Positions 51,380-64,000 of a stretch of 64,000 bases of DNA are shown here, piece after piece; the first letter of the stretch is position 1, and the number at the start of each line of letters is the position of its first letter. The notes beneath the pieces are model-generated. The model did no database searches, had not been told where the DNA came from, and was given only the letters and a program-made list of their open reading frames with translations. Location: assembly GCA_030141605.1 (NCBI GenBank), contig JAQGDQ010000001.1, forward strand, positions 434,001 to 498,000, in the 5' to 3' direction. The position numbers and the translations under genes are program-made. The stretch is from Tubiluchus corallicola. Its lineage: Eukaryota; Animalia; Priapulida.

Positions 51380-52355
51380 AAAATTCAAATCGAATTTGCG
51401 GTTTTCCAACTGGAATCAAACAGAATTTCAAGATTTCAAACCTGAATCGAATTCGAGTTCAATTTTAAAAATTTCCAATTGAATGTTCTAATCGTAATTG
51501 TGTAAAAAGTGGTCTCACAAAGATCATGCATACTACATGAATTTATTCTGCAGTTAAAACAATAATTTCCTTAAAATTTTTGCCCATAATCACAGCTAAA
51601 TTGCGCTGATTGCACAACATTTCGAATATTTTAATGATGAAGACCATTTTAGGTTCGAATCAAATTCGAACCAAGAAAAACTTTTTGGGATCAAATTTAA
51701 ACGTTGCATATTTGCTACAACACGCTGCAGTTTATTAGAATTTTTTGGAATATTGTTTACTTAACAATTTGTTGGAATATTGTTGTACCTGGTGATGCGC
51801 CATTTTTACTGTACGCCTTTGGGCATATATTGTTCTGAAGCTTTATACTAGTCGTTATCTATTTGAAAGGTAATTAACTTACAATTAGGCTTACGTACAG
51901 CTCGAAAGCTCATCAAATCCATTGTGTGGAGATAATTTTTAATCGAATCACCATTACAAAACAGTGAGACATCATTAGCAGGGGTGACCATCGAATGCTC
52001 CAGTTGGGACATTCGAATCAAATTCGAATGTTCGAATTTGATTTAAAGAAATATCTTTACATTTACAATACACTTACAATTACAATTCAATTAAAACCTA
52101 AAATTATGTAGATTTAAATAATTCATGCAATTAGCCAGAATTTCTCTGCAATTTCTGTCGACAATTATTTTTTAATAAATTATTAGTGTTTTCACAGCAG
52201 AACAAAATCAAATAACATATCATATTTTTGTGATGCTGCCTTTCATTATTGATTTGAAAATTCTTAAAACTGAATTCGATTCGGATTCGAAAACGCCGAA
52301 ATTCGGTTTAATTTGAGTTCGAAAGTCATAAATTCGATTTCGCGTTCTGCCCTGG
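51380..52355. repeat. TTCGAA-rich repeat region, probably old DNA transposon(s)
   Basis: Many ttcgaa/gaattc motifs clustered at 51380-51470, 51650-51675, 51990-52040 and 52270-52340. Confidence 0.45.
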
Positions 52356-52949
52356 TAGAAAGTGCTAACCCTTAATCAAAAGGCAAGTGCCAAAGATGAA
52401 GCATTCGAAGCGATTTCCCGATATTTGTACAGCCGGCTTAACTGGTTGAAACATTTAAAAGCCAATTATACATGTTGGGCGCCGAGTAATACATTAGCCG
52501 AAGTAGGACAATTGGCGTACATGGGCTAGCCCAAGTAGGACACTAGAGACAGGAACGTGAATTGAGCGTCAATCGTACTGGCACCGCCCGTTGTGTAATG
52601 TAATAATAATAATTAAAAACGGCAATACACGTTGAATAATTTATTATACATCTGATAAAATAAAAGAATTTTATTCTGAGCTGGTAGAATTAATCATTGC
52701 CAATATTAATTTTCTTTGAAGTGAAATAAGCGCACCTTTTAGGCGATTTCAACATTTGCTTAAGGTATATCATTTTTTATTTTGTCTTGCTTTGGATACT
52801 TAGTTTAATGTTATGATGGTATTAATGAAGCTAATAATAATGATGATATTGTAAATTGTTAAGAACTATCCATCATTATTATAAAGTTACATTTTTCTAA
52901 AACAAATTCAGTTTTACACCTCTATATTGAGCCCCATAATTTCTCTAAA

Positions 52950-53270
52950 TTTCATCACTTGTCTGATAATAGCTTTGACTCTTACTAGTGTGCCCGTGTT
53001 TGGTGAACATAGATCTTTTTCGTTCACCACATGATTTCCAAACACTTTTTAGCTACTTCACATTTCACTAGGTGTTCAGTCATATCACACTCCTTCACAG
53101 ACAGTGGACACATTAAATTATCCTTACACTTGTTTTTATAATTACACTTTAATTTGATCATATTTAATTTCCATTCAGTAATTTCATACACAGTTTTTTC
53201 ATCACACTCCATCACATGTTCCCAGTTTTCCACACTATTTTTCATAAATCTCAGTTTTGTCATATCATCA
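52950..53270 (-). mobile_element. LINE 3'-end remnant (CCHC-like knuckle)
   Basis: LNMIKLKCNYKN..CPLSVKECDMTEHLVKC. Confidence 0.6.
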
Positions 53271-53321
53271 CACTTTTGTACTTGGGCTTCCCATGTACGA
53301 CGCTGCTTTTTCGCAAATGTA

Positions 53322-53393
53322 GCGCATGCGCTTTACTGGGAATGCCTACTTCGGCTAGTCGATTATTCGGCGCCCTATAATTACAATATGGCG
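53322..53393 (+). promoter_or_regulatory. NRF1-type palindrome GCGCATGCGC plus YY1-like AATATGGCG overlapping the MRPS7 start codon
   Basis: GCGCATGCGC at 53322-53331 and AATATGGCG at 53385-53393, in a short GC-richer patch. These motifs are typical of nuclear-encoded mitochondrial and housekeeping promoters. Confidence 0.55.
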
Positions 53394-53573
53394 CCGCCCA
53401 CATTTATTTCTTCGATAATGTCTGGCGAAAATTTAATCAGGATTTTATATCATAAGTCTTTAAATTGTAACTGTTATACTCCTTTGTTGTTGCATATCAG
53501 AAGTAGTCAATGGTGGCCTATCTATCAACAACCAATAATTGATAAAGAGGAACTAAAAACCCCTTTACCTAAG
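53388..53573 (+). CDS. MRPS7: Mitochondrial ribosomal protein S7, coding exon 1 (presequence region)
   Basis: MAPPTFISS...IRSSQWWPIYQQPIIDKEELKTPLPK with donor AAG|gtatct in phase 0, joining exon 2 in frame (239 aa total). The PIIDKE motif resembles the MRPS7 N-terminus. Confidence 0.85.
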
Positions 53574-55574
53574 GTATCTTATTTTTTATGGAAATTTTAA
53601 TTTTGTAAAAGTCTGCTGTGCTTCTCTAGTTTTAAAGCTAACAGCTAATATTTTGTTATCATAGCAGTGGCATACTGGCTTAACTAGCTGTTTTTGAAAA
53701 AAATGATATTTACAAAAAGAAATGAGGTGTTCAAAATTTTGTAGTCTGTAATATATTGAATCGTTTGCAGGCCGCTGTACTGACTTAGGCCGTTTCCGGT
53801 TCAAGCAAAACAAAAATATACTTTTGACTATACATAGCCAATACCCGTAACGAGCTGTAGTTTTAACTGTAAGTGTCTGCCAAGCCTCGATACTCCTGGG
53901 TGTCAAGTGTCAAGATGTAGAAATGCCAAAGAGAAAGGATACATGAAAAACAGCTAAGGGATCTGAGGAAGCCTGCTAAGCTCCACACAGAATCTGACCT
54001 ACTATAGGTGTTAAAGGTTTATTTTTATTGCTGGATTTACGGAATTTTAACATTTAGGTACATACTAGCAAATGATCAGTATTGCATTTGTTAATGATCC
54101 TTGCTGAATAAGCTTCTTCAATTCTGATATTTTAGCAAACGACAACACTACATTTCTAGCATAGTAAACTTGGATCTGCAGATTGACAGAGATGTCAAAA
54201 CTAGGCTTACATTGGTACTGGTATTTAAATACATTCCTTATAAGCTTACTGGACACCATGTTTAATTTTCACACAGTTAATTTTCGAATTAACCATAATT
54301 GTTACATATGCTTTTTTAGCTTTCTTAAGTTTACTTTTAAATAATGTTTGTTGTTTAACTTGCTTAACTTCTTTGGCAGTATGCCTTGCAGCTAGCAGCT
54401 GAGTGTTGTAATTTTAACTTGGGTAAGATGCATTAGAGAATTAGAATGACTTTGATTATATATACAATAAAATGCATAGTGTAATTCTGTAAAAATTAAA
54501 AAACATCATAAAAAGCTGCCAGAAGTATTGTAGTTTCAAAGCATGAAAATTTTGTTTATTTGTGGGTTTAATTTGCCAACTTGACGTATTTCATCCTTAG
54601 ACTGCAATGTGGTACAGAAATTCCTTTTTTATTGTAGGCTAATATAAGCATCAGTACAGAAAATTCTAATAATTGTTCAGTTTTTTCACAATTTTTTAAC
54701 TACAAATATTAAAGGTTTGTAAGTCACGTGCTTTGCTGTACCACATTGCTGACTCACTGCTAATCTGGACCAACTGACATCCACACGCCTCCAAATGGCT
54801 ACGAAGACGATAGGGGAAAACACTTTCGCAAGGTAGTTACCCTAATTTGAACCGACCTTAAAACTATATAGCCCAAAATGGAATTTTACCCTTCTTTCTT
54901 TTTGAGTACTTGTCATTTACGGACTACTCACAATCTATTGATTAGTATTTTTAATTTTGAAAAAAAAATTTCTAAGTGAAAAGACAAGTGTTCAAGGGAA
55001 AACTACGTCTTTCACCTGGAAGTTGAGCTTGCTTTAATATTTGAGGAGAATGTTAGAAAATTTCAGCAATAAAATTATGATAAGTGCCTCTTGTAATTAG
55101 TAAAATCAATTTAAAGTCGCTGTAAAGATCATGTTAGGCTTGGGCACGCTCATTGTGAAATAAAAATTGCCTGGTACCTGGTTGTGGTACAATATAAAAT
55201 GATAAACTAGAAATTATTAATACTATTTTTTGCTTTTTGATAAATCTCTCTGCCCGCTATGTAATTAAAATGTAGTTGTTGACGGAAGTACAACAGCCCC
55301 CGGAATTAACACTGGCATAGTAACAGAATAATTATTATTTTAATAAGCTAAAACTGAACTCTATACACTAAGCAACCTCTGTGCCTACTATATACTTGCA
55401 GAATTGCATGCTTATCTGAAAGTCAACAAAATTCTGTTTAATAATTATTTACACATTGTACAGTTACTTACACATTTTAAGCAATAATCCTGTCGATTAA
55501 AGATATGTGAGCACAATAAAGTTGTTGCTAATTGATCCTATAAATAATTTTGCAAAAGCTTTGCTATGCATAGC

Positions 55575-56307
55575 CAGTGGTGGCTCGTGTATAGGTACTG
55601 TGGTACTGCAGCATCCCCTGTTTTCAGTCATTATTATCGATAGTATTCAATATGATAAGTCTTTTTTCTTTACACTTGTGCGAAACCGAAGCACGTGAGA
55701 GTAGTACTGCGTGCTTCACAGCCCCAGTAGGTGTTTGGCTGTTGTATGCATGTGTATATGTGTGAGATAAGTGCTGTGCTAGCATCTGCTGCTAGATAGC
55801 GAAAGTACTGTCTCTCACACATTTCATTTGTCACGTGTTTATGGTATACCATCATATTCTTGGATGTGATAAAGTGCAGACTTAGCGTGTGTGCTTAAAA
55901 CATAAATAATTTAATCATGGACGCATTGCATCCCCAAGAAAAAGTTCTGTGACTGTAAGTGAACTACAACAGCTTAATTTTTCACAGTTGTCACTCCGTG
56001 AGAAAGTTGCATTTAAGAATAGAGGCCGTTCAGCTCCTGATCTTCAAATATCTCAGCCAGGAACAAGGAACAATAAAAAGTATATTCATAACTTTAATTC
56101 TGAATGGTACCAAAGGGAAAAATTGTTTTGCTTCCGTGTTTAGGATTTTATCAAGTTTATGTATAAATTTTCATATCTTTGTTTGTTTAAAATTACAATT
56201 ACAACTTACAACATTAAAATTACATTATGTTTGTTTCGTTTTACACTACTAAGACAATGGCTAAAAATTTTATGAAACAGCACCCCCACTAATTTTAGCT
56301 GCCGCTG
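55575..56307 (+). mobile_element. hAT deletion derivative in the MRPS7 intron, with an N-terminal transposase remnant
   Basis: TIR CAGTGGTGGCT / AGCTGCCGCTG; TSD tgcatagc/tgcatacc. ORF 55949-56143 (FSQLSLREK..GRSAPDL..FNSEWY) resembles ZMYM/TTF-type hAT N-termini. Confidence 0.75.
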
Positions 56308-56516
56308 TGCATACCTTCTCGGTGTTCATGCTGTTCACCAACTTGTCGCAGTGTGCCTGCAACAAGGTTTGTTTGGCGGGAAATAAGAAACATTTAAATT
56401 TCTTTTGACGGATGCAGTCAATAATTAATATTAGACCTATTGTTCATATTTTTTCTGAAGTCGTATTAATTCATTGAATATAATGAACGTATTGAATTAG
56501 CAGTTTGTAATTTTAG

Positions 56517-57050
56517 GATGATGAGAGGAATTTTCTTCCAATAAAAGCAGCAAAAACAGAGGATCACACATTTTCGTACTATGATCCAGTTGTGAACAAG
56601 TTTACAAACATTATTATGCTGAAGGGCAAAAAAAGTCTAGCAAGAGACATTATGATGAAAACATTTGAACAGATAAAACGGATACAAATTGAAAAGTACA
56701 ATAAAGCTTCAGAAGAAGAAAAAGAAAACATTTTGTGCAATCCTGTGACAATTTTCCACCAGGCCATTGAAAATTGCAAGCCGTTGTTGTTACTAGAAAA
56801 TGTGAAGAGAGGAGCGATTGTGTATCAAGTGCCTGTGCCAATAACTGACCGTAAAAGTCAGTTTGTGGCAATGAAATGGATGCGCGATACTTGCAGGGAC
56901 AAGTACAGAACAGTGCACATGGAATTTAGTCTAGCCGAAGAACTGATAAATGCAGCAAACCATACTGGCCGTGTTATTAAAAAGAAACAAGACTTGCATA
57001 AGCTAGCTGAAGCAAATAGAGCTTATGCTCATTTTCGCTATGGTAAATAG
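56517..57050 (+). CDS. MRPS7: Mitochondrial ribosomal protein S7 (uS7m), coding exon 2
   Basis: Acceptor ttttAG|GAT. PIKAA..DPVVNKFTNIIMLKGKKSLAR..NPVTIFHQAIENCKP..YQVPVPI..HKLAEANRAYAHFR is the uS7 signature. AATAAA at 57559-57564. Confidence 0.96.
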   Translation, partial: DDERNFLPIKAAKTEDHTFSYYDPVVNKFTNIIMLKGKKSLARDIMMKTFEQIKRIQIEKYNKASEEEKENILCNPVTIFHQAIENCKPLLLLENVKRGAIVYQVPVPITDRKSQFVAMKWMRDTCRDKYRTVHMEFSLAEELINAANHTGRVIKKKQDLHKLAEANRAYAHFRYGK

Positions 57051-58039
57051 GAACGTGTATTTTTGCCAATGGGTATACTGAGTCGTTTGAAAACAATGAA
57101 ATGTATTATAAAGTATATACCCGGATTCATATATTTCTAAACTGTTTTCCAAACAAGAAATAGATCTGCACTTTTCAACTTCTCTCAAAATAAGATAGAA
57201 CTTCCCAGATAGACTGTTAAGAAAGCTTAATCATATAAGCACTTGAAAGCAATTTATTAAATTAGAAAGTGTAAAATTCCCCAGCTCCACTGGTAGAGAA
57301 CTTCTGCTTTTCTGGCAGCTTCTCTAAGACCATTACACCACAGAGGTATTCTTGTTTAGAGAGTTCAGAAGTTCTTAAGGATTACTTGAACTATTAAATG
57401 AATAGTTTTCCGCAGCTTCTCTTGGTTTCATTTTATACTCATTATAATGCATCTTTCCAAAGAACCATAAATTTATAATGTAGTAAGTTTACATAGTTCT
57501 TGAAAAAATTTCATTAAGTTCCATAAGTGGTATGCACGAGAGAGTTCATTGCAGTTATAATAAACATCACTGTAAATGTAATTTTGTGGAAGAAACAGCT
57601 TTTATTAAAAAGTTTATAGCACAAAAATATTGAAATCATGCAAACCTAGCCTAGCAGTTATCTTCAGTGTGACGAGTTTTCTATGTTCAGTTCATGAAGC
57701 CTGCAGTTCATGAAAGTGACTAAGTGACTTCTGTATGCACTTAGAAACCAATGATGTGGTAGAACGGGCCTGCAGAGAAAAAGATACATCATCTAGTAAA
57801 ACTATAGACAGGTGTTTGAAAACAAAGTTAAATAGAATTGTACTTTGCACATTAAGAGAAGGCTTGTTAGAACTTGTAAAGTTCTGAATATGTAACTGAA
57901 TATGAGAGAGGAGAGCAACCATATGACTGATTTTGTTGTTCATTTACAAAAATTGAAGTCCAAAGAACTGTATAGGTAAATACATTATTTTTTGGAAACA
58001 GGCCATGTGGTGATATTTTTGGAAAAAAGTTTTTGAGAT

Positions 58040-58960
58040 ATTTTTTATGGTTAAATCAAGTTTAACCACTTTTGAAATCTGTTGGAAATTAAAGTCTTTT
58101 TATAGTATTAACTTCTTGAAATTTCTGACACGTTGATGATATAAAAAAGCTGTGTGCTAAAGTTGGAATCAGATTGCATTTGCAAGTGATTGATTCAAAA
58201 TCAGCATGTATACAAACCAGTAAAAGTATTCTTCCTAAAAGCAGAGATTCTATCTTTCGAAAGACAGATGTAGAGACTCTATCCTGATCATGATGAAGCA
58301 GTACATATTTAAAAAAGATAAAGAACAATTATTTTCAATTGTTGCAAGTAAATTTGATACAAAGCTGACAGGAGTTTAAATAATCTAAAAATAACGGTAG
58401 GTGATTCATAGATTTGAACAATACAAAAGTGTCACCTATATAACATTTATATAATACAGGTTTAAATTCTTTAGGCCAACTTTTTTCAATAAACAAATAC
58501 TCGAGCAAAAGTAGAAGCTCAATGGTTAGTCCATCACAGCTTCTTGAATTTGTCCATACAAAGCATTGTTAAAATGAAATTGTTCAGAAAGTTCCATAAA
58601 ATGGTGCAGTTGTTCTGCGTTAAGATTACTAACAAGATTAGCATTAGTAAAGAGAGAACGAATACAGATATCATAGGTTTCAATAAGTTGAATGCTTGTC
58701 AAGAGTTTTTCAATGTCAAAACCGACCATAATGAGTTAACTGTAATTATTCGAAGATTAAATTCTTTGATGAAGCTGTACAAATCTTTAACAGTATACTC
58801 ATTATTGGAAAGAAGTTCACAAATAGGTACTAAAAATTTTGAAATAGTAAAAGTGACAGTACCAAGAGTCTCATTGGTATATTAGGTTTGTATATTTTTG
58901 GAAGTCTCATTAACCTATCATGCATAACTAGTAATTTTGTGCCCCTGGCCAAAATACTGA
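58040..58960 (-). mobile_element. Penelope-like retroelement RT remnant
   Basis: KPNIPMR, MVGFDIEKL, FHFNNALYGQ, YIGDTFVLF (YVDD-like) and SVFRK motifs, in the order expected for a Penelope RT. Confidence 0.72.
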
Positions 58961-61900
58961 TTATGATAATTTTGTTTTGTGGCCAAGGCTATAAATAACT
59001 GGGAATCTATTAATATAAGAAAGTTCAAACGTTTGTCATGATTTTAATATTTTTATGGTTTAGAATTTTTAGAAAGGCTGTTCCTTCTACAATACTTTTG
59101 GATGCATGTATAAAGTAAGTTAATGCCCTCTTTTTAACTGTTATGCTGTCATGTGTTGCCTTATGTTATATAATAGTCAAACTTATACGAAGCTGATAAT
59201 GATTTGCTAAGCCTTTATTTTTATTGCTTTTGTGTGCTGCACACAACTGCACAGTTGTTGAATTTTCTGTTTTGGATTTCTTCTTTTCTTCGATATATTT
59301 ATTGTGATTAATTCTAAAACCTCGCAATCCGCAAAGCTTCATGTTCATAAAGGTTTAATAATTTACTAGTTCTTACTAAAATCTTTTGCAGTCTGCCACT
59401 CCAAAGAGTTGCAAAATACACAGTCATTGTGCTTCCTATGCGACAAACTAGGAAGTAGTTGTTAATTTTTCAATTATTAATTTTTTGTATAGAGTTTTAT
59501 TACAAAGACCAACTGGTTTGAGAACTCTCCAGCCTGTAAATTTACAGGTATAAAAAATTTTCTTTCAATAAAAGTTTTTATTAAGCTTGGATTAGTCTTT
59601 TTTCTTATTACAGGTGCGTTGTTTGTCCTACACCCGCGAATGAAATCCAAAAATATTAGGCTTGAATTTGTTTAGGCATTATTTTGTCGCAGCTGGCCTC
59701 TTCGCTGTTACTCTTGCTGTTTCCTCATGAGTGTCACTGCAACGAGCCGTCATTATTTTGATGTAATTTTCGACAATATCGAATTTTGTCTGTAGAACGC
59801 TCTGCTAGAAAGACTTGCTTCTTTATGCATAAACTACTAGCGATAACGAACTGTTTTAGCGCATCAAATATTAATATACAACACAGTAAACATTTTATCA
59901 TTTCGCCAGTAGACTGAATAAGGAAATCACGCGATTATCGAATACATGTAAATCCCATGAAAATTTTCTGCCATTATTAATACTGATTATCGATCTGCGT
60001 TTCAAATTGATGCTTTGCTATTTTCTGTCTTGGTTTCGCATATAAATGCTAGTTTTAACACTTTAAAGCTTGCACGATCTTTCGTGGTTGAAAATTTTCG
60101 GAAGTTTTTTGCTCATTAACCAAGGATGATAATAATTCATATAACAAGTATAACGAGTGATTGTTAAGTCAAGACTGCATTTGATGAAATTCAGATTGAC
60201 GGCGGGTTGTTTAGTAACGTCGGAGACGTTCCGTGCTATATTAAGGCATTATTGCCATGTACGTGCTACAAGAACTGCTGGCGTGGTTTCAGAACTTCAC
60301 CCATATTTATCGTTCCCGACCACTAATTAAGGAGGTCTGCTTTTTCTGCGAAACGACGCGTCATTTTTTTCGCAATTTGATTGGTAAAAAAAACGTCTGT
60401 TTTTCCTGGAAAAACACGAGTTTTAAAGGGCCCTGTCGTTTTTCTCAAAACGTCATTAGATAAAAAAACACCGCTTTCATTTTCCTGATGCTGCCTTTCC
60501 AAAATGTGTGTATTTTTTAAACCACGTGTATCTTCGTTTCTCCCCAATCTAGTTATGAGAAGAGATAACCATGCGTGTATTTCTTAGATTTCTTTGGATT
60601 TTTTTAAAAAAATTGTAGCACCATCGAAGTATTTAATACACAAAACAGTATTTTCGGCTTAGTGAGTAGAAAGTATTGACAAGTAAATATGCAGAACTTA
60701 GCAGTTTAACCTTTGCAGATAAATATAAATATAATTATTTCAACACAGTGTAAAATTTAATGGTTTTTGGTTGACATCTGCGTGGTGTCCTAATTTTATT
60801 TGGTGGTCGTTTGGCTGGTGGTCCATTGCCTTTTCAGATGAATCTTTGACCAGTGGTGCTTTGTTTGTGTTGGTCCTATTGGTGGATCTTAGTTGTCTTT
60901 CTGGTGGTCTTTTGACTGGTAGTCCTTACTGACACACATTCTATTGTACCGCGTATCGAAAAATATTAAACTTGTTCATACAAAAGACTTGGGCGGGCAC
61001 TCCAAGCTTGAAAATACCTGGTGCGAAATTACCACACATGAAAAACATCTCGTTTTGATTAGAGTTTATTACAGGCCACATGACATGAAGTTACCTATTA
61101 TAAATGTCTTTTTAATCAACATGAAGGAAAACTTGTGAAAAGTAATAAACAAAGATAAAGAGATATTGACTGGCGATCTGAACGTGAACGAAGGTAGACA
61201 TCAAACTAGATTCTTACAAGATGAGAACAATTAACACACAAGTCGTTAATGCACCCACAAGAATAACTGAAACATCTAGGACCATAATTAACCACATACG
61301 CGTGAGTAATACTTAACTTACTCGTCACCACGGAGTTATAACCCATGTCTCATTGATCACGAATTTTTTGTGCGGAAACATTAATGCCCATGCAGCTGTG
61401 AAAAATCGAAACAAAGCAATTGATTCTGATCAAAGTGTTAGGTACTGCAAAATTAAACACGCAAACAGAGATATGATCCTGCAAGATTTAAGCACTACAG
61501 ACTAGGACCACTTGACAGCATTTTGGCATTTATTCTTATTTATTTTATTTATTGGTATATACATTACAATGACATAAATACGTAGACTAACAGCAAAACT
61601 ACAACAAAATACGGAAATTTATAAAACAAACTTATTCTGTTATAGGTTTTCAAAGTTATTTTATCACAGAATTTGACTTAAACCTGTTAATAATAATTGA
61701 CAAATATGCACTAGTGAAAATAAGAAGAGTGGAAAGAACTAGCATGGGCTGGGAGAAAGACGAAGTAATAGAAACGTACGTGAACATGATTACTATAGCA
61801 AGAAAGAGAAGATAACGGACGGTCCATGTTGTATTACGTTTGTTTAAAAATACAAATAAAAGTGTGTTTAATATTGTTAGGAGCACTGAGCATGAGTTCT

Positions 61901-62121
61901 TCCAGAATGACATTATTGGCCCATTATTCAACTCTAAGAAATTTTGTGCAAAACAACTACACCCTGACGAAGAATTCGCGACTAATGCTTGTGATATTGC
62001 TAACACCAACATTTCATACAGTTAACTAGTAATATCAATATACCTGATGACCACACAGTTAAAAACGGTCCGTTGCCATTCAACTCTATAGACCAAGGCA
62101 ACAAACGTAAGTACACAGTGG

Positions 62122-62659
<538 letters not shown>

Positions 62660-64000
62660 CACAGTGGGATTTGTTGGATTAACCAGTTGCAATGGTACAG
62701 AACGTTTCCGGAATCACAAACTAAATGTCAGATAATAAAGCTACGGAGATGAATGATAAATATAAGATTTTGAACTGCTTACGAAATTAACATATCGATA
62801 TTTTGATACAAGCATATTTCTAGAGGCTTGGAAATTGGCCCGAGTCACTCCAGTTCATAAATCTGGAGATACGTAATTATTGGCCAATTTCAGTGTTACC
62901 ATTGTTAGCAAAGTAGTGAAAAGCTAGTTCCAAATAAACTGCTGAGTTACATAGATAGCTATAAACTAATTTGCAAAGATCAGTGAGGTTCAGCCGTGAA
63001 GCAGCTTTTACTGCAATTTTGATGGGCCCTTAATAATACTGATTCCAGATGTTACACAGGTATTATATATACTTATGTTAAAAAGCTTTGGATGTGTTAG
63101 GTTATAGCATCCTTCTTGGCTAGCTGCAATTGTGTAGAATTACAACTACAGGCCTTGAACTATGGTTCCACTCATATTTAAAGAACCACGTTTGTAAATC
63201 GTTAGATTCGTGAGACCGTTATCTGGTGCTAAAACCATAAAATCTAGAGTACCGCAAGGTTCCATCGTTTGACCTAAATTATTTTTACTGCACATAAATG
63301 ACCATCCCCCAAAAATAATACATTGTTACCGAGAAATGTACATAGATGACAGCGCCTTGTATGCAGGTGACTGCAATTTAAATCAAGTTCAAAGAACCTT
63401 CAAAGTGATCCCAAAACGCAATCAAATTGCGAGAAAAAGTCAGAAGTTGGAAAAAGATACGTTTGTGGCCATCTTGGCAGCCATCTTAGATTTCTCAATG
63501 AAACAGTGTTAAAAAGGAAATTTTACTTAGTGGGATTGACCATTAAAACCTACATCTGGGCCTATCTGCAGTAGAAAGTTCGATAAAGCTAATATGCAGG
63601 AATGGCGGTGTTTGCGACCGGCTTGGCAGCTACCTTCTTGAAATCCGATATAGAGTGATACTATTGGAGGCTAAAAGTATTAAATATGGATTCCTGCAGA
63701 TATGATTTTCAATTGGGCGTATAGTAATAACAGATCATCAATAACAATAATAATAAAGCCGTACAATTGACTTGGTTTTAATAGAACCTGAAGCAAATAA
63801 AAAACATGTTTCTTTCAAAAGGCAACTTCTACCATTTTCAAAAAGCGTTTTTAATAGTCTACACTCTCACACTGAGCAAAGTTCATTATGAATGCCACTG
63901 TAAGGACTTCTGCTGGGTTCGTTACTCAGTTAAAAAATCCCTACAGAAGTGTGAAGTTGGAGCTGTGGCAAGTTGATTATCAAATAGATAGTTATCAATA

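Noticed and set aside
56592-57050. Bacterial rpsG or horizontal transfer
   Set aside because: It is a spliced nuclear gene with a presequence exon and MRPS7-type sequence, and there are no str-operon neighbours.

Overview
This is AT-rich, repeat-dense eukaryotic (invertebrate animal) genomic DNA, not prokaryotic. Four conserved genes are recognisable by eye: SENP8/NEDP1 (-, single coding exon), CDK2AP1/DOC-1 (-, 2 coding exons, absent from the ORF track), an intronless CD2AP/SH3KBP1 (cindr-like) adaptor (-), and MRPS7 (+, 2 coding exons). A 76-aa unknown ORF lies 72 nt upstream of SENP8, and probable 5' exons of an unidentified minus-strand gene lie in the first 15 kb. The rest is a patchwork of DNA transposons (Tc1-like, pogo/Tigger derivatives, four hAT-type MITEs with 8-bp TSDs, Kolobok-like, Academ-like, Helitron-like), LINE and Penelope remnants, microsatellites and local duplications. 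The most interesting observations are: (1) a tightly packed co-oriented CDK2AP1-smORF-SENP8 unit in which each ORF has its own splice acceptor just before the ATG, suggesting an operon, a bicistronic transcript or shared-promoter expression; (2) recurrent fold-back palindromes centred on (TA)n; (3) inverted pogo copies bracketing CDK2AP1 exon 2. Family assignments come from recalled motifs; no searches were run, and transposon boundaries may be off by a few bases.
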